DNA of 64,000 nucleotides, taken from contig JAYWGM010000094.1 of NCBI GenBank assembly GCA_043778225.1, positions 1-64,000 on the forward strand, given 5' to 3'. Position 1 is the stretch's first letter. Every line of letters begins with the position of its first letter. The translations under genes were made by a program, and so were the position numbers. Source of the DNA: Deinococcales bacterium (lineage in GTDB: Bacteria > Deinococcota > Deinococci > Deinococcales > JAAFIG01). Of the stretch, positions 38,329-47,110 are shown piece after piece. The notes beneath the pieces are model-generated. The model did not search any database and was not told where the DNA came from. It saw nothing but the letters and a program-made list of their open reading frames with translations.

Positions 38329-38723
38329 ATATCTCGCAAGCCCTTGAGTCGTGGACAGGATTATACAGCGCCAACATTCGCAAACCCGAAAGCGAACATC
38401 AGTACCTTGAATTGCTCGAGTTTATGAATCATTTGACTGACCATTACAACACCGACCTCGAGCCACACCGAGGACTTTGGAATTTAGTGGCACAGTATAT
38501 GTTTGAATGGGAACAAGCCAACGAACCAAAAATCCCTGAATCCGAACCGCATCAGATTTTACAATTTTTGATGCAGCAACACCACTTAAAAGCAAAAGAT
38601 TTCAAGGATGTGATAGACCAGAGTCTACTCTCAAAAATCTTATCGGGCAAACGAAAAATTAGTAAACACATGGCTCAGATTTTTGCGAAACGTTTTGATA
38701 CATCACCAGCCATGTTTTTATGA
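38325..38723 (+). CDS. higA: HigA-type HTH antitoxin
   Basis: LQFLMQQHHLK...SLLSKILSGKRKIS; ATGA overlap with the toxin. Confidence 0.88.
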   Translation: MNISQALESWTGLYSANIRKPESEHQYLELLEFMNHLTDHYNTDLEPHRGLWNLVAQYMFEWEQANEPKIPESEPHQILQFLMQQHHLKAKDFKDVIDQSLLSKILSGKRKISKHMAQIFAKRFDTSPAMFL

Positions 38724-39725
38724 AGCCCGTCTCGAGAGAACCATCAGGTAAATCCCGCCCAGCACCGTCGTAAATGCCCCAGCCGGAATTTCGTTGGGAG
38801 CAAGCAAGGTGCGCCCCAAAACATCCGCCAAGCTGACAAAAATCCCACCCAGCAAGGCACTGGCGGGCAATAACTTACGGTAATCTGTGCCAAAAATGGC
38901 TCGAGCCAGACTGACTGCCAATAAGCCGACAAAACCCATTAAACCGCTTGTGCCAACCGCCACACCGGTCAGCAAAGCTGCCAGCATCAAAACCAAATTT
39001 CTCGAGCTTTTGGCATTCAGACCCAGATTTTCGGCTACGTCGTCGCCCAGTTGCAAAAGGTTGGCGGTGCGCCCAAGCATCAGCCCCAGACCAAGACCAA
39101 AGACCGCAAACGGCAGCATCAGCCAAAGTTGACTTGTGCCAAGCGCATAAAAACCACCCACCACCCAGCCCAGTACATTGGCACTGGAGGGGCTTTGTGA
39201 AAGCGCCAGCAGCAACGCCAACCCCGCAAGGCTAATCGAAGCCAGTGCCACACCAATTAAGGCGCGACGCTCGCTCGACCGTTCAAACGACAATTGACTT
39301 AAAAGCCAAACCGCAAACCCCGCACCCATGCTGGCTAAGACTGGCGTACCAAAACCCGCCATGCCAATTTGTTGCAACAAGACCGCACCAAGCGCCGCAA
39401 AACCTGCTAAGCCCAGCAAGTACGAATCTGCCAGACTGGTACGAAACCCAGCTTGTAAAAGTGGACCGGTCATGCCCAAACTCGAGCCGACCAGCAACGC
39501 TAAAAATACTCGAGGCGCACGAACTTCTGACAGAATTTGGGCGGCAGTCACATCAGCTTGACCAACAACCCATGCCAGCAGGGTTTGAACTGAAATAGGA
39601 TATGAACCAAGCGCTAACGAAACACCAAGCACCAAAAGTAAAACCAGGATCAGCACAAAAAACCAAAGACGACTCGAGCCATTGGTGTGGCTCGAGATTC
39701 GAGAAAATGGTTTGGGCGTTGTCAC
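38718..39725 (-). CDS. FecCD/BtuC family ABC permease
   Basis: RAPR, LADSYLLG, LGDDVAENLG, GFVGL and EIPAG. Confidence 0.9.
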   Translation of the reverse strand: MTTPKPFSRISSHTNGSSRLWFFVLILVLLLVLGVSLALGSYPISVQTLLAWVVGQADVTAAQILSEVRAPRVFLALLVGSSLGMTGPLLQAGFRTSLADSYLLGLAGFAALGAVLLQQIGMAGFGTPVLASMGAGFAVWLLSQLSFERSSERRALIGVALASISLAGLALLLALSQSPSSANVLGWVVGGFYALGTSQLWLMLPFAVFGLGLGLMLGRTANLLQLGDDVAENLGLNAKSSRNLVLMLAALLTGVAVGTSGLMGFVGLLAVSLARAIFGTDYRKLLPASALLGGIFVSLADVLGRTLLAPNEIPAGAFTTVLGGIYLMVLSRRAS

Positions 39726-39746
39726 ATTGATAACCTGTCATACAAG

Positions 39747-39810
39747 CAGGGAGACCACTTCTTGACTCTAAAGATGCACCTTCGGGCTGAGTCGCAAGGG
39801 TCTCCCCTAC
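39747..39810. repeat. GTAG-type REP hairpin interrupted by the micro-element
   Basis: cagggagacc...[36 bp]...ggtctcccctac. Confidence 0.75.
39760..39795 (+). mobile_element. 36-bp structured micro-element, copy 4
   Basis: tcttgactctaaagatgcaccttcgggctgagtcgc; GACTC/GAGTC replaces GACCC/GGGTC. Confidence 0.85.
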
Positions 39811-39827
39811 TTTTTAGCCTTACGATA

Positions 39828-40733
39828 TTATTGCTTGGGGTAAAGAAGCGCAATTAAGGTCTCGAGCGTTTCGACTGCTCTTGGACCCGGAGCGGTCACA
39901 AATGGGTCGGAGCTAAGGATATGGACACGGTTATTTCGCACCGCATTGAGGTTTTTCCACGCCGCACTTTGCTCAAGCCGCTCGACTGGGCTTGGAGCAA
40001 CTGCGCCCGTGGCGGTCACAGCCCGAAACGCCACAATCACATCGGGGTTAGCTGCCACGATTTGCTCTAAACTTAAAACCACAAAACCGGGTTGACGTGG
40101 GTCGGCGCTGGGCGTGCCTTTAGCAACATTATTTGCGCCAGCTTGCTCGAGCAAGTCGCCAATATAGGTTTCGTCGGTGGTGCTAAAAACCTGTCCACCA
40201 GCCGCCAACAGCGCCAGAACTTTGGGCTTAGTCACTTTGCTAGGTACTTTTGCCAGAATTCGCTTGACTCGAGACTTCAAAAAATCCAAACGGGCTTGAG
40301 CATACGATTCGCGCATCGTTAATTTGCCAAACAGCGTGTAGGTATCGTAGACATCTTTGAGGCTCGAGTCTGGAGTGACGATTAAAGGCATTGGCAGCGC
40401 ACCAAGTTGACGCGCCGAAGCTGCTGTTGTGCCAACCGAACCAATGAGGAGGTCTGGGCGCAGTCCAAGAATTTTCTCGAGGTCTGGGCGGTAGGCACTG
40501 CCCACTTCGGGGATACGCAAGGCAGCATCTGGATGGGTGGCACTGCTTGGGCGACCGATAGGATTTGCGCCGATGTCCACCAGAATTTCGGTGGCGGTTA
40601 AGGACAACGCCACAATTCGTTTGGCTGGGGCATTGACACTAACAGCCCGACCAAGACCATCACGAACTTGAATTGGTGCAGCTAACGCAAGCCCCGCTAA
40701 AAGCGTGGCACTGAGTAAAAATAATTTTTTCAT
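39828..40733 (-). CDS. ABC substrate-binding protein (BtuF / siderophore type)
   Basis: Signal peptide, RIVAL, PDLEKILGLRPDL and LNAVRNNRV. Confidence 0.9.
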   Translation of the reverse strand: MKKLFLLSATLLAGLALAAPIQVRDGLGRAVSVNAPAKRIVALSLTATEILVDIGANPIGRPSSATHPDAALRIPEVGSAYRPDLEKILGLRPDLLIGSVGTTAASARQLGALPMPLIVTPDSSLKDVYDTYTLFGKLTMRESYAQARLDFLKSRVKRILAKVPSKVTKPKVLALLAAGGQVFSTTDETYIGDLLEQAGANNVAKGTPSADPRQPGFVVLSLEQIVAANPDVIVAFRAVTATGAVAPSPVERLEQSAAWKNLNAVRNNRVHILSSDPFVTAPGPRAVETLETLIALLYPKQ

Positions 40734-40860
40734 ACAAACCTCGAAAGAATAAAAACGAAAGCCGAAAACAGCACAGTACAGCATTCAGGTTTTCAGACTC
40801 CTGAATGTCCCCATTCAAACCTGTTTGAGGCTACAAATTGTCACAAAAGTGTCGGGTTAA

Positions 40861-41106
40861 TTAGAACCCATAATACCATTCTCGGAAACCAGCTTGAATT
40901 GGAAAGTCCAAGAACAAATAGCCGTGTTTATTTTGCTGCATCAAACCTTGAATAGCCTCTGGCTCGAGCCATTGCAACGCCAGTAAATCTGAAGCGATTT
41001 GAGTCATTAAAAACGTGGTTTCTGGAGTAGACTCGAGCCGTGCCGCCAAAGGAATTTTCTGGTCAATCAACTCGGTTTTGTAATTCAGACCACGTGACAA
41101 AATCAT
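40861..41106 (-). CDS. Hypothetical protein (5' end uncertain, possibly frameshifted)
   Basis: Fills the gap between fmdE and the SBP gene. Frame is open about 23 codons upstream; the nearest ATG (41179) is out of frame across a T-run. Confidence 0.4.
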   Translation of the reverse strand: MILSRGLNYKTELIDQKIPLAARLESTPETTFLMTQIASDLLALQWLEPEAIQGLMQQNKHGYLFLDFPIQAGFREWYYGF

Positions 41107-41195
41107 CGTCAGTAAACCCGCTTTAAGTTCGGTTTTGGTTTCTGGTAATTCAAAAATGTTGATTCCAAAAATAATTCATGCCAACATTATGCCAC

Positions 41196-41819
41196 TTAAA
41201 CTGCCCAGTACGAATCCCCAGCACAAGACTGACACAGGACTTTGCCGCCTTGCAGCACTTCACGACCATTGAGAATTTCTTCAAAACACGTTTCGCAAGT
41301 GACTCGAGCGCCAGCCTGTGAAATCAGTCGCTCGAGTGAAAAAGTCAGGTTCACTGCTTGCAGCACCAATAATTCTGAATCTGGCAAAACCTTGTATCCC
41401 TCGAGGTAGGCGCTCCATTTGGAAAGGTAGGGAAATAAAGCTCTGGCATTGGCTCGAGCCTCAGGGTGCGGTGCAATTCGGATTGCCAAACTCGAGCGGG
41501 TGTCTATAAAGGTTGCTGCGACCTTGCCGTAATCCATTAAGCGCAGGGTGCGCCGCCCAAGCCAGCAGCCAGTTGCCACGCTCAGACCATCGGCAAAGCA
41601 ACCATCGGTTTCGGTCAGAACCAGCAAGCGCTTATCGGAACGGGGTAACTCGAGACCCAGCCTCTGACCTGCCAAAAGCCCCATCCGAGCGCCCAGCACT
41701 TGGCGTGGGCAGATGTGGCGGTGTAATTTGCCAGATTGCTCGAGCATGGCGTTTAGGTCTTGATTTTTATTGGTTTGAGAGTTGGGTGAGGTAAGCCCCA
41801 CCCCTACGGAATTATTCAT
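41196..41819 (-). CDS. FmdE family protein with C-terminal zinc finger
   Basis: HRHICP..VLG.RMG, ETDGCFADG, ATGC..G, CETC...CQSC; the N-terminus contains a REP, so the start is uncertain. Confidence 0.88.
   Translation of the reverse strand: MNNSVGVGLTSPNSQTNKNQDLNAMLEQSGKLHRHICPRQVLGARMGLLAGQRLGLELPRSDKRLLVLTETDGCFADGLSVATGCWLGRRTLRLMDYGKVAATFIDTRSSLAIRIAPHPEARANARALFPYLSKWSAYLEGYKVLPDSELLVLQAVNLTFSLERLISQAGARVTCETCFEEILNGREVLQGGKVLCQSCAGDSYWAV
41784..41807 (-). repeat. GTAG-type REP hairpin
   Basis: Reverse complement gtaggggtggggcttacctcaccc. Confidence 0.65.
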
Positions 41820-41829
41820 GATTGATCGC

Positions 41830-43296
41830 TTATGACTCTGGCGCTTTACGTTTTTGCAGTGCCATCACACGTTGCGCCACGACTTCGATTGCACCTTCGA
41901 CAGCAGCATCGAGGCTTTCTCCGTCTATGACCGGTACGCCAACGGCTCGAGCCAAGCGCTCAACATATTCTTGGAGGTTGCGAATGTCCTCAAAATGCTC
42001 GAGGTAACGCTGCATTGGGCGGTGCTTATTGGTTTCGGCATCTCGAGAATAAAAACGTTGGCGGTGTGTATCTGCCGAGTGAATCGCCACGACCATTGGC
42101 ACGACAATCACATTTTCAAATAAATCCACTGGTAAATAGCCCGGAACAATGTGTGCGCCCTCAATAATCATGGTGCTGTGTTCTTTCGAGGCACGTTCGA
42201 TGATGGCTCGCACCCCCACCGAAACTTGTTTTACTTGGTCACGAAAACCATCCAGCAGTTGTTCTCGAGTTGGCTTGATGTGCTGCCGACCACCACCACG
42301 CTTAAATTGGGCTTCTTCGATTGGCTCGAGGGTTGCTGTCCAAGCATCAAAGGTACTCGAGTGCAGGGCGGGCAGGAGTTCTTTACTGACCATGGCTCGC
42401 ATCACTTGGCGAATAGAATCCGAGGATTCGACCCGAGTAATCCCCAAGCGGTAGCCAATTTCGGCTGCCAGCACGCTTTTACCTGTGCCGGTCACACCGC
42501 CAATCAGAATTAAAATCGGTTTTTCTGGACGGCGAATCGAGCGCAACAAAACATAGCGCCGTGCCACTTCTTCGCCAGCTTCGGCAGTCAAAGCTGTGGC
42601 AACAATTTTACGCACCCGATCTCGAGTCACCACCAGTTCGTTTTGCTCGAGCAAGTCTAACTCAATTTCTCGAGCAATCTGATGTGCCAAAGCTGGGTTT
42701 AAGCCCGTTGCCATCAGGCTTTGCGCCAGAATTCCCTTAGAAAACGGAAAACTTACGCCATCGTCATCCTCGAGAACCATCACTTGGGTGGCTCGTTGGT
42801 AGCGCTCTAAATAGGCATCTTTGCGGTCTTCACCGTAGACCCGCATGATTTCCTCGAGCGTGATGTTTTCTAAACTGGCGCGAGAAATTTCTGAAATACC
42901 AGAAACCCGCAGTTGTTTTTCGAGGTCTTTGGCAAAACCAAAGGCATCCTTAATTGGAATTCCTGCCAGTTCCAGGCTTCTGGAGAGTAAACCTTTACTA
43001 AACGGAATGGTGCGTTCGCCATCACGCACAATCACATCCTCGAAAGCTGTGGTTTGGCGCTCGAGTTTCTGAGCCGCCGCCACACCCAAAACGCTTTGGG
43101 TTTCCTCGAGAATAATTTCTTTGAGCGTTTGTGGGTCAATCATTTTGAGTTTTTTGTCCACCAAACTCTGCTCGACCCGCCGCGCAATCACCATGGCTGA
43201 TTCACGGGCAATATCGGCATTGAGTAAGGATTCGACTACTAAGCCCTTGGAGAAAAAGAAATCGTGACCCCCACTTGAAACATGAATCTCGCGCAT
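41830..43296 (-). CDS. 2-phosphoglycerate kinase-like protein with three ATP-cone domains
   Basis: Three FSKG-initiated ATP-cone repeats, P-loop GGVTGTGKS, SDSIRQ and IIEGAH. Confidence 0.85.
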   Translation of the reverse strand: MREIHVSSGGHDFFFSKGLVVESLLNADIARESAMVIARRVEQSLVDKKLKMIDPQTLKEIILEETQSVLGVAAAQKLERQTTAFEDVIVRDGERTIPFSKGLLSRSLELAGIPIKDAFGFAKDLEKQLRVSGISEISRASLENITLEEIMRVYGEDRKDAYLERYQRATQVMVLEDDDGVSFPFSKGILAQSLMATGLNPALAHQIAREIELDLLEQNELVVTRDRVRKIVATALTAEAGEEVARRYVLLRSIRRPEKPILILIGGVTGTGKSVLAAEIGYRLGITRVESSDSIRQVMRAMVSKELLPALHSSTFDAWTATLEPIEEAQFKRGGGRQHIKPTREQLLDGFRDQVKQVSVGVRAIIERASKEHSTMIIEGAHIVPGYLPVDLFENVIVVPMVVAIHSADTHRQRFYSRDAETNKHRPMQRYLEHFEDIRNLQEYVERLARAVGVPVIDGESLDAAVEGAIEVVAQRVMALQKRKAPES

Positions 43297-43322
43297 AAAG
43301 CTATTGTATACATACTTGGGCG

Positions 43323-43763
43323 TTAGAAATGGATTTGCCGATAAACCAGATACGCCAGTAAACACGTCTTGACCGACCAAGCAATGGTGCGAATCCAGTT
43401 GCTCGAGACTAAAATCTGGTGCGCCTGTGCATTAAAGCCAGCACTCAAAATACTGTGTTGTGGCACTTGCAAAAAAAACGTACTCAGCCACACCACACCA
43501 ACCAAAACAGCACAGACCCAAGGACACCAAAATGGCACTTCTTTGAGGCTCGAGCCAAGAAAAAGACCAGACAAGACCAACTCGAGCAGCATTGGCACAA
43601 GCACAATCCCCGAGATTCTTAGCGAGTGCGCCGCTTCAAAAGCACTAAAGTTAGCGCGGTCTGCCATCTCAAAAAGTGGATAATGCACCACTTGAATTGT
43701 CCAGATAAGACCCGTCAGGTACGCCCCGACAACCAGATTTGCCAGCAGTACAAGTTTGTCCAT
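43323..43763 (-). CDS. Conserved membrane protein
   Basis: GLIWTIQVVHYP, QVPQH and NWIRT motifs; 4 TM segments. Confidence 0.75.
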   Translation of the reverse strand: MDKLVLLANLVVGAYLTGLIWTIQVVHYPLFEMADRANFSAFEAAHSLRISGIVLVPMLLELVLSGLFLGSSLKEVPFWCPWVCAVLVGVVWLSTFFLQVPQHSILSAGFNAQAHQILVSSNWIRTIAWSVKTCLLAYLVYRQIHF

Positions 43764-43837
43764 GATTTCAAAATACGTTCTTGGTAGGAAGGATTCAAGG
43801 GCGAACACGACGTTTTGAGCAGATGGTGGTTTTTTTG

Positions 43838-43875
43838 CTCGAGACACGCTTTCAGGCTTTAAGCCAAGGCTCGAG
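43838..43875. repeat. CTCGAG-bounded cassette repeat B, copy 1
   Basis: CTCGAGacacgctttcaggctttaagccaaggCTCGAG. Confidence 0.9.
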
Positions 43876-43918
43876 AATGATAAGGATACAAGTACAGTCT
43901 TGAATCTATTGTTATGTG

Positions 43919-43937
43919 TAACGATATACGTTATAAT
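43919..43937 (+). promoter_or_regulatory. higBA operator overlapping the -10 box
   Basis: TAACG-atata-CGTTA palindrome overlapping TATAAT, 5 nt before the ATG. Confidence 0.65.
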
Positions 43938-43942
43938 TCAAT

Positions 43943-44236
43943 ATGATTATCGGGTTTCGTAATTCTGGGACAGACGATATTTTTAATGGATTGGATACAA
44001 AAGCCGCTCGAGCAACCTGCCCAGAAAATATTCTTCGGGTTGCACGACGAAAACTTGACCAGATAAACCAAGCTATTGACTTACGGGATTTGTTCGCACC
44101 GCCGGGTAATCGTCTCGAGCCACTAATCGGAAATCGGTTAGGGCAACACAGTATTCGTATTAACGAGCAATTTCGGATTTGTTTTATCTGGACTCAAAAC
44201 GGTGCGACAGACGTAGAAATAACGGATTATCATTAA
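43943..44236 (+). CDS. higB: RelE/ParE superfamily HigB (plasmid-killer type) toxin
   Basis: ARRKLD, PPGNRLE.L.G, GQHSIRINEQFRICF and VEITDYH. Confidence 0.93.
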   Translation: MIIGFRNSGTDDIFNGLDTKAARATCPENILRVARRKLDQINQAIDLRDLFAPPGNRLEPLIGNRLGQHSIRINEQFRICFIWTQNGATDVEITDYH

Positions 44237-44257
44237 GCAAAAAAATAAGGAGTTAAA

Positions 44258-44566
44258 ATGCGAATTCCAACCAACCGAACCCCAACCCATCCAGGCGAAA
44301 TGTTACTCGAGGATTTTCTTGTGCCACTCGGCATGACCCAACAAGATTTAGCCCAGCGATTACACGTTTCTTATCCACGAATTAACGAATTAATTCATGG
44401 TAAACGTGGTGTAACTCCAGATACAGCTTTGCGTTTAGCCAAATTATTTGGCACAAGCCCTGAGTTTTGGTTAAACGGGCAATTGGCATGGGATTTATTT
44501 CAAGCCATGCACTCAGCAAAAATGCTTGGAGTGGCAGAAATCCAGCCGCTCGAGCAGATGGCTTAG
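44258..44566 (+). CDS. higA: HigA family addiction module antitoxin
   Basis: HPGEML.EDFL, GKRGVTPDTALRL and FWLNGQ. Confidence 0.93.
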   Translation: MRIPTNRTPTHPGEMLLEDFLVPLGMTQQDLAQRLHVSYPRINELIHGKRGVTPDTALRLAKLFGTSPEFWLNGQLAWDLFQAMHSAKMLGVAEIQPLEQMA

Positions 44567-44569
44567 TTA

Positions 44570-44605
44570 CTCGAGACACGCCAAAGGCATAAGCCGAGGC
44601 TCGAG
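44570..44605. repeat. CTCGAG-bounded cassette repeat B, copy 2
   Basis: CTCGAGacacgccaaaggcataagccgaggCTCGAG. Confidence 0.9.
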
Positions 44606-44610
44606 TAAGT

Positions 44611-45045
44611 TTACTTCGTATCAAGCAACTGCAATACTTGTGAAATTTTCAAGACTAAAAGTTTTTCACTTGGATTCACCAAACTCTGATACAAATCTTG
44701 GGTATTTTGTGAAACCAGCCAATCGGCTTTATTTTTAATCGCAATCCCAATAATCCAATCATCATCAGCGTCAGGTGAACGTTTCCCCATTCGACGATTA
44801 GCAACAAAGACCGCCCGTTGTCGCAAAATCAGCAACAAATCCTCTAAATCTTCGAGTGCAATGTATTGTCGTGCATCTCGAGTTTGAAAATACTGTTGCA
44901 CAACCCCAATCAACTCTTCGATTTGCAAAGCCGATGTCAGCAGCACAAAACGTTTCATTCGCCAAAAGTACATTAGGCGTTTTGCGCCAACACCACCGAG
45001 CAAAAACGAAACGTAAACATTGGTGTCAAAAACGACTTGGAGCAT
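44611..45045 (-). CDS. PIN-domain putative toxin
   Basis: VVFDTNVYVS, EEL, DADDD and ADWLVS..DL. Confidence 0.88.
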   Translation of the reverse strand: MLQVVFDTNVYVSFLLGGVGAKRLMYFWRMKRFVLLTSALQIEELIGVVQQYFQTRDARQYIALEDLEDLLLILRQRAVFVANRRMGKRSPDADDDWIIGIAIKNKADWLVSQNTQDLYQSLVNPSEKLLVLKISQVLQLLDTK

Positions 45046-45260
45046 TAACCACGACGATAATTTTGCACAGCCATTACTGCTAACATATCGGCTTCGTCAT
45101 CAGGCATGGAATCTTTACCCATCAGACGGTCAAAAGCAGCTTCGGTCTTAGCGATAACCAACAATCTTTCTATGGCTTGGGAAGTGTTAAGCCCATACTG
45201 CATTTGATACGCCTCGAGTTGAGAAGCAATTGGTTGCTCGAGTTGAAGAGTTCGTAACAT
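45045..45260 (-). CDS. Putative antitoxin (RHH-like)
   Basis: Small gene coupled upstream of the PIN gene; NTSQAIERLL. Confidence 0.65.
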   Translation of the reverse strand: MLRTLQLEQPIASQLEAYQMQYGLNTSQAIERLLVIAKTEAAFDRLMGKDSMPDDEADMLAVMAVQNYRRG

Positions 45261-45283
45261 ATGGGCATTGTAGCAGAGTTTTA

Positions 45284-45320
45284 CTCGAGACACGCCAAAG
45301 GCTTTAAGCCAAGGCTCGAG
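45284..45320. repeat. CTCGAG-bounded cassette repeat B, copy 3
   Basis: CTCGAGacacgccaaaggctttaagccaaggCTCGAG. Confidence 0.9.
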
Positions 45321-45372
45321 AATAGTGTGAGGGATGAGAATATGGTTGAAAAGATTGAGGTTAGGCTGTCTA

Positions 45373-45780
45373 TCAGGTAAAAGAGATATTATTTTTTGTT
45401 AGCACCCTCTTTAATTCACTTTCTAGTAGCGCCCTATTTTCGTATAACGCAATTATGAAAAAACCACTTTTGCTTTGATTAGTTTTTGTACAATACAAAG
45501 CGTCTGATTTATCTTCAAAACCGTCAACTTGAATAACATTGGTGAAAAACACTTTTCTTTTGAAAATTAATGTTCTAATTGCAATATAATCATCATGTAT
45601 CTCAAGGGTGTTAGTCAAAATTGTGCTGCAACCAATTATAGTTGCAAAAATACCTAAAGGAATCATGTGATCAACTTGAGTAGAATCAGCAGTGAAATAG
45701 TAAATACTGCCACCTAAAGTAATAACTAGAGTCAAAAAAAAGAAGAAAATCTTCACTGATTTTTTAGGGCTAAATTTCAC
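45373..45780 (-). CDS. AT-rich 2-TM hypothetical protein (PH-like / immunity-like)
   Basis: Two TM segments then a beta-rich domain; low GC, no CTCGAG seen. Confidence 0.6.
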   Translation of the reverse strand: MKFSPKKSVKIFFFFLTLVITLGGSIYYFTADSTQVDHMIPLGIFATIIGCSTILTNTLEIHDDYIAIRTLIFKRKVFFTNVIQVDGFEDKSDALYCTKTNQSKSGFFIIALYENRALLESELKRVLTKNNISFT

Positions 45781-45835
45781 TTATTGCTCCTAGAGTTGCC
45801 TTGGGTGGGAATTTACCCACCCATTCCAAATTATT

Positions 45836-47110
45836 TTATTTCTTCGCAGCCTCGAGTATCACGCTCTCGAGAACATCGGCGGCAAATTTGGCATCTTCGG
45901 CTGTCAGCACAAGCGGCGGCGCGAGGCGTATGGCGTGGCTGCCAGCGCCAAGTAATATCAAGCCTTTCTCGAGGGCAAGTTTTTGTACCATATCGCGCAT
46001 TTCTGGGTTCTCGAGCTTAGAAGTGGCATCTTTGACAAATTCGAGTCCAATCATTAAACCGCGTCCGCGCACATCGCCGAGTTCTGGCACTCGAGCTTGC
46101 ACGGCTTTCATGCGCTCAAGCAAATACGCGCCTTGCACATTGGCATTTTCCATTGCGCCATTCTCGAGAACATCCAGTGTGGCTAGGGCGGCGGCGCTCG
46201 AGACGGGGTTGCCGCCAAAAGTTGTGCCGTGTGCGCCCGGTCCCCAAGTTGAAATGCTGTCTTTGAACATCACCGCGCTAATTGGGTAGCCACTTGCCAA
46301 GCCTTTTGCCAGTACCACAATGTCTGGCTTGACGTTATCGGCTTCACAAGCTAGGAATTGCCCAGTGCGCCCAACGCCTGTTTGCACTTCATCGGCAACC
46401 AACAAAATTCCGTGTTTGTCGCAGACTTCGCGCAGTTGGCGCATAAATCCGACGGGTGGCACAATGTAGCCGCCTTCGCCTTGGATTGGTTCGACAAAAA
46501 TCGCGGCGACTTCTTCGGCTGGGGTGGTGTGCTTAAATAAATACTCGAGATGCTCGAGTACCATTTGGCTGGTGCGCGGGTATTTATATGGCTGTGGGTA
46601 CGGTGCATGAAACACACCCGGCACGAGGTTGCCAAAGCCTTTGCGGTACTTAGACACACTAGCGGTTAGGCTTAACGCGCCCATGCTGCGCCCGTGGAAA
46701 CTGCCTGTGAACGCAATGTAGTACGGGCGTTTGGTGTGATACCGTGCTAATTTCATGGCGGCTTCGATGCCTTCTGTGCCAGAATTGCCAAAGAAAACAC
46801 GATAATCCTCACCGACGTGTTTTTTGAGGCGTTCGGCAAGTTCAATCTGAGGCTCGGAAGCAAAGACCGCAAAGCACAAATGCTGCACTTTGGCAGCTTG
46901 TTCTTGGACAGCTTTGACCACGGCTGGGTGAGCGTATCCCGTGGTATTAACGGCAATTCCAGCCATCATGTCTAAAAATTTATTGCCGTCTAAGTCGGTC
47001 AGCCAGCAGCCCTCTCCGTGCGATACAACCATCGGAAAAGAGACTGCATTGGAGGTGCTTAAAGAATTGGCATAACGTTCGAGTATTGCTTTTGATTTGG
47101 TAAAATCCAT
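45836..47110 (-). CDS. Class III PLP aminotransferase (GabT/ArgD-like)
   Basis: NSGTEG.EAA, SFHGRS, EPIQGEGG, DEVQTG.GRTG, AKG and HGTTFGGNP. Confidence 0.93.
   Translation of the reverse strand: MDFTKSKAILERYANSLSTSNAVSFPMVVSHGEGCWLTDLDGNKFLDMMAGIAVNTTGYAHPAVVKAVQEQAAKVQHLCFAVFASEPQIELAERLKKHVGEDYRVFFGNSGTEGIEAAMKLARYHTKRPYYIAFTGSFHGRSMGALSLTASVSKYRKGFGNLVPGVFHAPYPQPYKYPRTSQMVLEHLEYLFKHTTPAEEVAAIFVEPIQGEGGYIVPPVGFMRQLREVCDKHGILLVADEVQTGVGRTGQFLACEADNVKPDIVVLAKGLASGYPISAVMFKDSISTWGPGAHGTTFGGNPVSSAAALATLDVLENGAMENANVQGAYLLERMKAVQARVPELGDVRGRGLMIGLEFVKDATSKLENPEMRDMVQKLALEKGLILLGAGSHAIRLAPPLVLTAEDAKFAADVLESVILEAAKK

Noticed and set aside
43838..45320. CRISPR repeats or classical integron attC sites
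   Set aside because: Repeats are about 700 bp apart and flank whole operons; they lack RYYYAAC/GTTRRRY ends and no intI is present.
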